The notes: a model not told the origin generated them from the letters alone. Shown: positions 12,491 through 24,386, numbered from the stretch's first letter. The stretch is DNA of 64,000 nt from Amphiscolops sp. MND2022 (GCA_964187785.1 OZ076410.1:19530001-19594000), one strand, 5' to 3'. Program-made: numbers and translations.

Positions 12491-13179
12491 CGCGAGTTCA
12501 ATCTCTCACGGAAACTTGCATGCTTCAAAAAATCGCTGTTTCATTTGACTCTTAACAAGCTACCTAAGATGTATCCTAAATTTCGCGGCATTTTGGAGAC
12601 ATGCAGTTTTACCAGTTTTAGTATGCCCCAGTTCGATTTTTGGAAGTAACAAACTCTTTCCAACTTTACACCTAGTGAAAAATGGACGAATAGATTGCCG
12701 GAAAAAACTGTCGTGAAAATTGCTGTTACTCATAATGTAGAAAAGAGTGCTCTAAAAGCGTACCGTGGTTTTTGCTTCAAAGCTGATCTTTCCCCATGCA
12801 ATGCGCTCTGAACTTGGTCAAAAATAGTTGTGAATCTTTGACATCCCAACTTGATGTGCTGATGAAACAAAACTCTTGCCGGATGAAATTCTGGATAAAG
12901 TTCCTGACTAGACCTAAATTTAGAATGATGTAATGTAGACATTTGCAACTTCTCACCGATTGCGGAAGTTTAACAAAATTGAGACATGACATTGTCCTAT
13001 TTCAGCTTGATTACCAAAAAGACTTTACACTATACACAGATCTCTCTCTTTTACCTAACTAAGCTACATACTTATAAGATTGTACTTATAAGATTCATGT
13101 TTTTAAATATATTTTTGTTTGCTCGTATGCGTAATCTAAGTCACTTTTCGAAATTATTATATTTTTGTTCGGTCTTTGG

Positions 13180-14760
13180 TTATTTCTATCGATATTAATA
13201 TTTCATTCAAATTTGGCATGTGTGGCATGGCAGCTATTATTCGGTGTTTGGGAATCCAGAGCAGTCTTTACCGGTTCTTCGTTCTTAATTGTTTTGTTTA
13301 CAGGGAATACAAATATTCTCGATTAATGTGCTTTTCCAGTTCCGAGTGCCTAGATTGAACTAGTTTTTGCAATTCCTTTGCGATTTCTTGAAGGTGTAGC
13401 TGTATCGGTTTGGCCTTTTGCTTTATTGGGTAATATTTCGGTTTTAATTGAATATTGGTTTCGCTGTCTTCCTTTGTGTTGTTTTACTTATTCTTTTTTT
13501 TTCAGGTCGGTTGCTTTCGTCCAATCGGACGCTTCCCATTGTTAATTGAATGGTTAACGTGTCCATTCCGAGTAGTTCTATCGATTCTTTCCGTGATCAG
13601 GTGTCGCTGTTTCTATTTGTTGTTTTCGTAATCAATGCTTACCGGTGTTTACCCGAAACTTTATGTCATTCTTGTTCACATCTCAGTATAGGTTGTTTAC
13701 TATATGTATTTCCCTTTCTCTCATGATATTTTCAGCTGCCGGGATAATTCAAGTGAGTGATCCGGAGTCTATCGTAAATTATTTTTGTTGATGTAGTTTA
13801 TTTTAACTCTCGCTGTTAAATCCTTGTTTTTTCCACTAGTCGAGTGCTCTTCTCAAGTCTGTAAATAGTTGGTTCTGATTCTTTCGTTTCTTCCGGTTTC
13901 TCTGGTTCTCGGTTACATTTTGTATTATCGGTTTGTATGTTTCGTTTTGGTTACCTACTGTTGCGAAATGCCCCTTCTTGCCGGATCTGTTTCATGTTTG
14001 ATCTATTTCAAGGGATTTGTCTGTTGAATTCTAGGTTTAGTTTGCCGAATAGGAACATTTGCATGAATTTGATTTTTGTGTCTGTTTTGATCCGAAGCTT
14101 TTTACTTTGTGAATGGCTTCCTCTTCTATATTCTTCTCTTTGTTTGAGAATTATGTTTCATGTATTGTGTTTTTGTTGTTCCTCTTTCGTATGTGTTTTG
14201 TTGTATCATTTCCACGATCGTGTTCATCTCCGTCCATTTTTCCCATCCATTGATTTGTCTCCGATTTTCGTGTCCGCAATTGAGGTCATGAATTTTGAGA
14301 GTAAAAAGTTTTGGCTCTGATGCTTTCGAAGTTACCTTCTTTTCTTTTTCTGTCAATATCCGACAAAAGTACTCTGGTGTTTCCGATTCAGCCTGCTCAG
14401 TCCAGAAGATTTTTCAACAATTATGATTTTTTGGTACGAATGAATCATTGAATTGTCGGATCAAATCTTTGATCGTTATTTGGTCCTGCTCTGTTTTATA
14501 TTCTGTGCGTGTCTTTTGCTACAGGGCTTCCGGACCAATACCCCAAATGAACTCCCCCTGGAATTTCCATTCCTTTCCGTCCAAACCGTTTTGAGTCATT
14601 TCATTTCCTTTTATTTTTTTTCAAATATTTCTACTTTGTATTTTCCTTTGCGTACTGTGTAGACCTCTCCAGCCCTTGTTTTGGGGAAAACATCATTTTG
14701 CCTTCGTTGGCTGTTGTTTCAAAGTTTGGTACTTCGATCTTTTATTCTCGTGCCATCTGA
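13180..14760 (-). mobile_element. Degenerate Ty3/Gypsy gag-protease-RT(start) fragment
   Basis: Minus-strand relic frames: gag-like FIWGIGPEAL...IKDLIRQFNDSFVPK (about 14550); retropepsin IDSGS (13759-13773); RT N-terminal KELQKLVQS...PHMPNLNEIL (about 13200-13390). Many stops and frameshifts. Confidence 0.7.
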
Positions 14761-14811
14761 GGTTTTTTCTTGTGTTTGTTCCGATATAACAAAATTTTGT
14801 TCGGTAATCTT

Positions 14812-15631
14812 CCCATATTGAGCACTCCCTGTGAATCTGTACAGATCATCTGTACAGATCCTGACAGATATTCCAGGATTGTTTGAAAATTGAATAGTCA
14901 TAAATTCAGTTTTTGAAAATGGAATTAGTTGTTTAAAAAGTGCTCTACGAAAGAAATACGCCCCTTATTTGAAATTTTTAAAAACAATTTCTGTGCGAGT
15001 CTGTACAGATCTGTACAGATCCTTGCAGATATTCCAGGATTTGTTAAAAATTAACCATATGAAAATGACCATTAAATTACTATAACGTATTCCGAGTTTC
15101 CAGTAACTACCAAAACTACTCCAGCAAACCATGTTCCCGAAAAATTACAACCACAGCACTTTATCAACACCTCTACCAACCCAGACGGTTGACACATGTC
15201 AAAATTCATCCGCCAAAACGAAGTCAATATGGCAAACGAGCCTCTCAAAGTTGAAAAACCACTTCTGGAAAATTCAAGTGAAATTGATAAATTACCGTGT
15301 ATAACCAACACCGAACATTCCCCATACACCAAAATGACCGTGATGGGACAAAATTTTCTGCTCAAAAATATTGAGTGATGGAGAGTTTCAACTGACTGAG
15401 CCTAGTCAGCCAAAATATTTACTGAAGTAGCCCCAAAATTAAATGCATAGGTTCACTATAAGATCCGGAAACAGTTTTCCTGAAAAATCTGTTCAGAAAA
15501 TCTTTGAACATCTGTAAAGATCCTTGCAGATCTGCTGTTGTCCTTACGTAGCAGTGGCACGATCTTTACAGATCGTCAAGGAAAATTGGCTCACAGATCT
15601 TTACAGATTCTCAAGGAAAGCTCAACATGGG
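14812..15631 (+). mobile_element. MITE family A, copy 3
   Basis: CCCATATTGAGC...GCTCAACATGGG; flanks TT/TT; left arm partly duplicated (about 14826-14900 vs 14998-15070). Confidence 0.85.
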
Positions 15632-16663
15632 TTGTCATGTTTGATTGCAGCTTGTTCACTGAAAAGAGGTCTATTTCAACCAACTGAGCGATAGTATCAA
15701 ATTTGTACTAAAATGATTCAGTTGCGAACTAATCTATTCGAAGTAAGTTTTGACAACATGTTTATAAATATAATCAATTAAATGTAGCTGGTACAGTCTT
15801 CAGTTTTTCTATTTGACATGAACCGACATGGTATGACACCGTATGACAGACATATTTTTACAGCTCCAATATATTCACTGGTCGGTCACTAAATAATTAA
15901 TTAGTTGGTTAATTTGGTTTAGTTAATTAATTTAGTTGGTTAATTCGACAGAAAATGATGTTGAAAAAAAAACTGGACGAGGCGTGAATAATTAATTATT
16001 GATCAGTTCTGTGATTTAATCTCAAAAATCAAATAAACGCTGCTGTGCTATCACCAGTTATAAAGAAGAGTTTGTGAAAACTACCCGAGCCGAAAATTAG
16101 ACAGACAAGATAATATGTAAGATTCTGCGGGTTAACTAAAGCGAAATAATTGATTGAAAATTTCTCTTGTCAAACCGGGGATGCTTCTGGCATCGAAATG
16201 AATAATGTGGTTCAAATGGCATGAATAGGACACCCGTCGGTGATAAACGTATTAGGTACATTTAGCGAAGAGATTACAGAAAAAGGAAAAAGATTTTGCT
16301 GTGAACTGTTTCGTGAAAACATTTCCTTGATCATTTTCTAAACAGTAAAGAACGCACGCCTACCGTAATTGTCTTTCATTTGTCCTACGGTTCATAAAAC
16401 TTGGGACGGGGTCTTTTGATTGTTGACCAATTATTCTCTATCTACCGGCTACATTTTTCCACTATAGAATTTCTGTTGGTTTCACTGCTGGTTGAAAAAA
16501 AATATTCGGCTCTCAACTTTGTCTCCCGAAGATCTGAAACACGGGCGGCGTGAAAATTGGCGGCAAATCGGGAAAAGCTACGCTGAACCGTTTTGTTTTC
16601 AAATGTAAATATTTAAAAAATCTTTTCCAATTCACTGACGTGTACGAGTGAACTGAGTATATG

Positions 16664-17199
16664 TTTTTAGTCGGCGCCTTTTCCCTTAAGGAAAAAAGCC
16701 CGACTATTACACTGGGTAGTTTTTTTTTCAGCCTACAATCTCACTCTGAATGGTCCACTTTTGTTTCATCAATTTGTTCATCTGTTCTGTTGTTCATCTT
16801 CGACTAAATTTCTGAAGCCGGAGAGCGGGGGTTCGATTCTCGCACTAAACCATAATATTTTTATGCTTCCAAAAGTACAGCAGGTGAGACCAAAGGGTCT
16901 CCCCTTTGTGTTTTTTCGGCACTATGCGACTTTTTTTTCGAAAATTTTCGGATTCTATCAAAGGGTAACCCCTTGCATTTTTTTGAAGTTTTCGGTTTGT
17001 AAAAACGTTTAATGAGCCTGAATGGCCTCTTTTTGAGTTTTTCGGCATTGTGCGACTTTCTAAAAAAATACTTTTTTCCGAAAAAAAAATTTCAAATTTT
17101 TTTTTGAAAAAAAATAAATTTTCCAAATGTTTCCAATAGTTGTTCTTTGAATATTTTTGAGCCTTAGATATGGCGCCGACTTGAGACCATCCCGTCTTG
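16664..17199 (+). mobile_element. HINE/DINE-1-like non-autonomous Helentron (H1)
   Basis: 5' TTTTT-AGTCGGCGC, an inner hairpin, then GCCCGACT; 3' GCGCCGACT plus hairpin GAGAC-catccc-GTCTT plus T run; internal GGGACCC/GGGTCTCCC-type repeats. Confidence 0.75.
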
Positions 17200-17371
17200 T
17201 TTTCTACTGTGCTTGATTTTTTTAGTTATTAATTAGAAATATTTTTTAATAAGAAATATTAATTCGAAATTTGGTTGTTTCGCAATTTTTTCATCAGACG
17301 ATTTTTAGCATAGTGCGCAGCGAGCGGGCGTTTTGGTTTTAGTTGGTGCTTCTTGAAATTGGGTTCTTTAA

Positions 17372-17425
17372 CCTACTGGTTAGCACTTTGGCATGTGAAA
17401 CCGATTGCAACGTGTTCAAATCCTG
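17372..17425 (+). pseudogene. tRNA-derived (SINE-head-like) relic
   Basis: TGGTTAGCAC (D-arm-like) and GTGTTCAAATCC (B-box-like); stems do not close. Confidence 0.35.
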
Positions 17426-18437
17426 CTCAGGGCCAAAATGAGACCATAGAATTAACTTTTTTTTCCGATATCACGTCTTTAACATGATATAATTTGGAAA
17501 GCTGGATAAAACGTGACAAGTGAGGCATAGCAACTTTTCTTTGCATTTTGCCAGGCTTAAAGTGGGGGTTGAATCTAGTTTTTCATTTGTTCAAAATGAT
17601 TCCATCAAATAGAATTTTCTGATATAACGCATCTGAATTTTATTATTTGCAATATAACTTATGCAACCCATTTCCTAGAAGGCATCTAGAGAGATCCTGT
17701 CTTGGACACCTGAATTATTAATTTTTTTACGGAACGACAAGTCAAACCTTTCGGACTTACGAGATTTTCCCTTAACTTTTGGTTCAAGAGAAAAACTTCA
17801 TTATCATATTTCGTCTAGAATTTTGGCTAAAAATGTATAGATGTCGATAACAAATGGAGGGAAAAGATACTCAAAAAATATTAAAGTTTAAGCCCCGACT
17901 GTCAAAAGAATGATTAGTTATCAATTATATTAATAAACAATAATAAACATATACAAACAAATACCAACAAGTCTTTTTTATGCATTTTTCAACGTTATTC
18001 AGCGTTCAATTGTGGTACAAACATGAAATATTTTGAACACTTCTTAGAATGCTTCGATATTTTGCGATCATGTGAAAAAAAAACAAATGCTTTTACTTTT
18101 CGGCACAGACTCTTGAAATTTCTCAGAGACATGCCCTTAGCAGATTTGCCCTCAGCAAAAAACTATACGCTTTTCGAGCCTTATACTGTGCTTGTTTCAA
18201 AAGATTGTCGAACTAACGGTTCAACTTGTGGAGCTAAAGTCAACCACAACTTTTGGCGGTATCACAGAAATGAAAAATTTGGAATACTTTGGGCCGCTTG
18301 TGGTTTTTAATGATTTCTCAACGAGTTGCAAGAAAAATAAAAACCTACATTCTAGAAATAAACTTAGGTTGCCAGTCTGACTAAAATAAGTAAATTCTTT
18401 TGCAGATGTTTTTTGAGGCAGACAATTAGTACATGTA

Positions 18438-19971
18438 CAGTGGTGTGAAGAAAGAATGCGACTTAGTTGCTCAGAATGCAAAGATTTCTCTAATCTGATT
18501 GGTTCACAAAGCCTCGCTGATCAAATCTCATTGGTTTAAGCCTCGATCGGTCGCAAAAATCAGTATTTTCAATATTTTACTGTCTTTCGGCGATGATTTT
18601 AGCATGAACATTAAACCAAAAAATTTCTCTGATTTTTCCCGAATCCTTTGATAGTTTTTGTTTGTGAAAATCATCAAGAAAACAAAAATGTGAGCACTTT
18701 TTCGTTCAGTAAAATAAGAAATACATGTATTAAGATAGGAATTTCAGACTTACACTTGGTAAAACTCCCACCAATATACATTTTCCGAATATATCCAAAA
18801 TCAAATTTCATCTTCGTTTTGAGAGATTTGAGTGTATCTGCAAGGCAAACTTTATCAAAAAAATTAATTGGATCACTGATATTTTCTCAAAAATTAGCAA
18901 TTTTAAATATTTTCCTCCCAAAATCACATGTTTCTAACTTCGGAAACAATGATGTTTGAAATTTCCAACAAAAACCATTGTATCCAGTGTTCGAAACCAT
19001 GGTACCCTTGCCAAAATCCATGGCAAGTTCCTTGCTAGCCTTGCCAAGATCTTGGCAAGATCTTGGAAAGGATACCATGGCCATGCAAGATCGTGGAAAG
19101 GCTAACCATGATTAACCATCTTGGCAAGGGTTTCATGGTACCATTAGCGAAACTTTTGGAAAATTCAAAGCTCTTATTTTCAAATTGTAACTAGTATCTA
19201 GAAATTTACTCGGACCAAAAAACAGACATGCATAGGGTTACACAGAAGAAAAAGTAATACTCAAGACATTAAAGGAAAATTGTTTCTGCTCCGACCATTA
19301 TAAGTTTTTACTGCATTCTCGAACTTCAGTTATTAGAACCCGCTACCTCAATAGATAAGGTAATAGTATGATTTGCATAATTGTAAACAAACTATAGCTA
19401 GAAAAATTGGTTTTCACACCGATATTGCAAACCCGCAAGTTGCAATAACTTGATTCGGAGATTGCTTTGTATGATAATTTATGATAGTAGTAACAAAAGT
19501 AACACAACTCGGTCAATAGGCGCAGCAATTTATTGAGCAAGTTTTGGAAAATTTTCAATTAAAAACTATTTTCGATCAATAAATGTCATGTCCGAAGTTA
19601 TTACAATGGCTAATTCAGAAATTGCAGACGACAAGGAATTTTTGCGAAAAGAATAAATTATGCACAATTAATACCAGCTTACATTTCTTACCATGGTTAT
19701 CTTGTCAAGATCTTGCCATGATCTTGACAAGCGTTCCATGTATCATGATTTGCCATGATCTTGACAAGGGTACCGTGGTTAACCATTATTCAGCAAGATT
19801 TACCATGATCATGGTAAGGGTTCCATGGCTTCGAACACTGGGTAATCATAGCAAAAATTCAAGAAACTTTTGTTTTTACCAAATTGAACCATTTCGAATA
19901 GTTTTGGAGATATGAGACTGCAAATTTAGCCTTTTTGAGCAGCTAAGTCGCATTGTTTCTTCACACCACTG
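18438..19971. mobile_element. Tc1/mariner-type MITE carrying a nested family C element
   Basis: About 36-bp TIR CAGTGGTGTGAAGAAA(G/C)AATGCGACTTAG(T/C)TGCTCA; TA on both sides. Confidence 0.85.
18983..19842. mobile_element. MITE family C (complete)
   Basis: About 31-bp TIR (T/C)CCAGTGTTCGAA(A/G)CCATGG(T/A)ACCCTT(G/A)CCA; TSD TA/TA; CAAGATCTTG and CCATGG palindrome arrays. Confidence 0.85.
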
Positions 19972-20669
19972 TAGTTGCATAAATATTGCATGAATTGATA
20001 GAACTCTTTTTATAACTTTTGACCTTTTATAACTTTGCTAACTTGGAGAAAATCTGCAAGTTTTGAATCAATTAGCTACCGTCGTAGTGAAAACCGTCGT
20101 AATTTGAAACAATACGACCGCCGAGTTCCGGTATAATTCACGCCTGACTTACTTTTGCAACGACGTAACTTGAACAGCTCGAGCTTAATGACTAAATGTA
20201 TACCAGCAACAACCTTCGCAACTTGTAGATGCCGGCCCAAGCTCCGACACTGTATTTCCACAGCAAAGTATGGCACCATTTTTGCAGCCAAGCGGTGAAA
20301 CAATGGTCGACTTTCAAAGAGACTTGCTCAAGGTCACAAATGTCTGACTGCTGTCCAATGTTCGTTAGGTTTCTACGCAAAATGTTTAGTGCATCCTAGT
20401 ATGCTTTCAGTTTGGACATTTTTTTCAAAATTTTCAGTATAGTGCTCAGTATTAGTGCTAGATCAAGCGAGAACTAAAATTTGAAAGGTCTCAAATCAGC
20501 ATTTTTAGCATTTTTTTCGAAATTTAAAAATTTCCTTAAAATTGCCTGGATTTTTTCCAAACATTTTCTAGACTGCAGCCAAATTTTTTCAAATGTGCAT
20601 GGATCTGCTCAGAGGATTTTGCAGGTTGCATGGAAATTTTTCAAAATTTTTCCATGCATGATTTCAGTT

Positions 20670-22316
20670 GTCACAGGCTGCCGCCTGTGACGGGAATTAT
20701 TATCAAATTCCCCAAGAATATGTAGAATCCAACCCCCCACCCGGAGTATTGCCAATCTGAAAGACTTACGGTAAAACAATTCAAAACTATGTTTAATCTT
20801 ATCCCAATAGTGCTATTTCATATTTTTACCGTGGCGGACCTGTGGTCCACACGGCTACATCTTAGTTTTCATTTTTACCTTACGGGAATATACTTAATTG
20901 ATGAGTCCTGTGCCTGTTTGATTGATTGAATGAATTTGTAATATAGTCAATTGAATGTAAAATAATACGAACAATGCTTGCTGAATACTAGGAAACGTGT
21001 TCAAATGAACGCTTGTTGACCCCCAGCGTACGTACCGGCCTTATTTAAATAAACCAATCAGAGTGCTGTACATTCTTATCATTATTGCTGTAGCCACGTG
21101 GACCGAAGGTCTACCGCGGTGTTATTAGCTGCCAATTAGTCGATGCTATTATGTTTACTGTAGCCGTGCGTACTGTCAGTCCGCGACGGTTACTACTATT
21201 TAGAGCTGCAATTTAAATATGCTGATGTAGTTACTCGAACCTTAAGTCTATTAGTACAGTAATAATGGACGATTTGTTTGTTATGATACTTGTCAGACAT
21301 GAAATATTAAAGTAAACATGTAACTGTTTAAAGCAAAATGTGCTTATTTTAGAACTAATATCACATTTACAGACCATTGGTCAATCCCTCCATTTCACCC
21401 TGATGCTATATTTAGCTGCAATTTGATGTAGTAATATTGACGTCATGTATCAAAATATAACCCGGGAGCTATTATTAGTAACATGACCAGCATAATTTTG
21501 CGGGTCATGCAGTGTGAAGTATATATAGCGGGGACCCGTAGGCACCAGGATGATTCTTTCTGATTTTATGAAACTATCAACTATATACACTGCTGATTCA
21601 ATTTGTTACGTTGCGAGACTTATTTGAATAATAGACCGTTTGTCAATTCATTATTAATCTCCAAAGTTTGTTCAATGCCATCAACAAGGAGACAGAAAGC
21701 CAAAGAGAGACGCTCTAGGCAATTGGACATAATGTCTGATGTAGAAAATGTTGATATAATGCTTGGAAGTTACTCTAGATGTGATGAAGAGAATAACATT
21801 AGCGAAAATGAAGGGAATTTGGATTCAGGGTCTAGTAGACCACAACAAAGTTCAAACGTTATAGGAGAAGATTTCGATCTTTACTTAATACTAATAGTAG
21901 GGAAAACAGCGAAATCACAATTGAGACCACTAAGTTGATTAATGAGGAAATTTCAAATCAAATGTCTAGAAAACTCAATGAGGTCAAAACTAGCTTAAGT
22001 TCTCAAGTCCAGGAAGCTATCACAGCTGCAATAACAAATACAGTGCTTCCGGCTATTCAAAATACACTAGAAACGCAGGGGAGACTCGATTTCACCATGG
22101 TGGACCGAGGGTCCAACGGGCCACATCTAAGCCCAAGGCCGACCGATTTCACCATAAGGGACCGAAGGTCCAGTGGGCTACAACGGAACGCCGAAGTTGG
22201 AAATGCTCAGAAATCGTGGGAAAATCGTCCCAGAACTTGCTTTACACAGGAAAATACTAGACTGAGGTCTAGAGAGAGTTCAACAGACTCTAATAATAGT
22301 GAACAAATTCACGACA
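20670..22316 (+). mobile_element. Solo LTR (copy 1), 1647 bp
   Basis: TGTCAC...ACGACA with perfect 5-bp TSD TCAGT (20665-20669 / 22317-22321). Terminal hairpin, AGGAAACGTGTTCAA (20990-21004), CCAATC, TATA-like at about 21520. Confidence 0.9.
21675..22316 (+). pseudogene. LTR-encoded ORF of about 214 codons with a single 1-nt frameshift
   Basis: MPSTRRQKAKERRSRQLDIMSDVENVDIMLGSY...GEDF(shift at about 21876)RSLLNTNSRENSEITIETTKLINEEISNQMSRKLNEVKTSLSSQVQEAITAAITNTVLPAIQNTL...SEQIHD; joins track ORFs 21603 and 21935. Confidence 0.8.
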
Positions 22317-23497
22317 TCAGTATTTTTTTATGTTTTTCAAAAATTTAGAATGTACGCATAGATGCAACATGGAAAATTTTCCGGCACGTTCGACTAGGGT
22401 ATGCTCTTTCTCTGTCTTTTTTAGAGGCTAAACTGTATCAGTGTTTATATTTATGTTTATACTTTTGATATTTGCATCTAAAGAAATAAACTTTTCGTTC
22501 TTTAGAAAAGCAGAAGTTCTTATTCGGCGCCTACCCAGCGGAATTGTGGAACTAAACTTTTTTGTTCGCTGGCAATGAATCGGTATTCAATATTTACACT
22601 GCAAATCACTTCGCCTTGATTCTAACTTGTACCCAAAATGACTGGTTTTGTTGGGGGGGGGGTCATTCTTTACAAGGTCAGGTCTTCAGGGAAAAAGAGT
22701 CAAGATTGGGGAGGGTTTCTATCCTTATTGTGTTCATGCCGTTTCATCAGAAAACTAAACTTTCTTGAGTTTAGTTTTCTTCAACTTCCCCAAAAAGTTA
22801 AAATTCTTCCGCTTTTTGATTTCGTTCATTGTTTCTCAATTCTTTGTCACTCAAGTCACGTTGTACCAAACCAAATTGAAATCTGAACCGTATTTCTCAT
22901 TTTCAAGCGAGTCAAATTCCACGGCTTTTCCATTTCTGTGCAAAAAAGTTTGCAAATTCTTTTTTTGGCGGGCTGACAATTTTGTCAACTTTATTTATAC
23001 ATCAGCAGATGATGTTTGTCCTTATTTATGCCCCAAATTTGTGCTATTCATCTATTTTCATCTAGCACTTTTTGGAAAAGAGTGACGATTTTTTCGCGTT
23101 TTTGTTATCTTTTGTGGCGTCCCTTTTTCTGTTCAATTTGTTCCTTTTAATGATATCTATAAAAGACTATGTAAAGGCATCTAAAAGTAACTTTTTCGGG
23201 TTGAAAATGGCTTCTTATTAGCTCTTTTCTCATTTTATGATATTGCGCTTTCCACACCGTTAATTGCTACTTTCAACACGATAATCCCAGTGAAATTTCC
23301 CCTGTTACGTAAGTTAATCACATGGCTAGCACTAACTATTTTTCTTGTTTAAAGGGTCATAAAATCCATCAGGTTTGTATTGGGCAGATTGGAATGCGGA
23401 TCTATTGAATTAGAAAGTTTTGGAGACCTTTGCCACCTTTGAAGTTATTTTGATGAAGATGCAAAAAGAGAATTATTACAAGAGTAGTATTTACTTT

Positions 23498-23499
23498 CT

Positions 23500-23540
<41 letters not shown>
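23498..23540. repeat. (CT)n microsatellite
   Basis: Directly visible. Confidence 0.95.
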
Positions 23541-24386
23541 TCATCCACAGGCCTAAAACCGCCTGCAATCGAAATTCATCGATGCATGCATTCATGTACA
23601 TACAAAATGCATTTATGTACATGCAAAATTTAAAATTTTCAAGATTCAATGAAACCGAATGATCGGAACAATCGAATTTGCAGTTAAAGAATAGAAGTAT
23701 TTATTTTTAGAAAAGTTACAAGGGCTTCAGAGCCTAATGTGAAAATTTTAACTGAATCGTAGACTTGGGAAATCAAATGTGACATTTATTTAGAAGAAAA
23801 CAAATGCAATAAAAGTAATAAACTTCTGTGACACAAAATGTCAGAACGGGAGATTTGCCCTAATTTCTTTTACCGAACAGCGGAAACTGCGGTAGACATG
23901 CAATCTTCATCTTTCGTCAGAAACATCATGAAGTTGATCAGTTTTTGTCAGCTGTTTATTTCACCAATAAGTTTTGTGCCGTGCGATGTCACTTCTGTTT
24001 AGAACGCAGATTACAAAGCTTTCCGAATTTATGTCTGAGTTCAAATTCATTTAGTGGATACAGGGAAAACGATTACAGCAACGCATTCCCAAATCGGCGT
24101 CTTCTAATTGCAGTTTCAATAGGAATGAGAAAAGTAACTGAGTCAACCTCGTTATCATCTTTTTATAAATTTTTGAACAATAAACAAGTCAGGAAAGAAC
24201 CAAATGCGCACCATAGGGAATCAAGTCTCAAAAAACTCAAAGAAACACTCTTAAAGAGAGTCAAAGTCTACAAAAAATTTTTTAGACAGGAAACAAACAG
24301 TAAATTTTTACAACAATAAAATATTACGAAACACAGAAACCATAGAGGAAAACAAAAACTTTGTTATCGACAATCTATTGGACTAA

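Larger units (their letters stand above)
20394..22401. mobile_element. Family D-like MITE interrupted by solo LTR copy 1
   Basis: Right end GATGCAACATGGAAAATTTTCCGGCACGTTCGACTAGGG matches 47327-47366; left end TCCTAGT is degenerate. Confidence 0.45.

Noticed and set aside
18754-18837. Candidate exon with strong splice signals (ttgccttgcag / gtaagt), symmetrical phase 1
   Set aside because: Lies inside the Tc1-type MITE 18438-19971, so it is probably TE sequence; would need transcript evidence.
20076-20380. Coding-like minus-strand stretch ending at a gtaagt donor
   Set aside because: No recognisable family or clear acceptor; frame cannot be fixed.
20670-20693. Terminal hairpin read as a Helitron 3' end or a DIRS inverted terminus
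   Set aside because: It sits at the start of a TG...CA unit with a 5-bp TSD, and a homolog leads into PBS-gag-protease, which fits an integrase-type LTR element.
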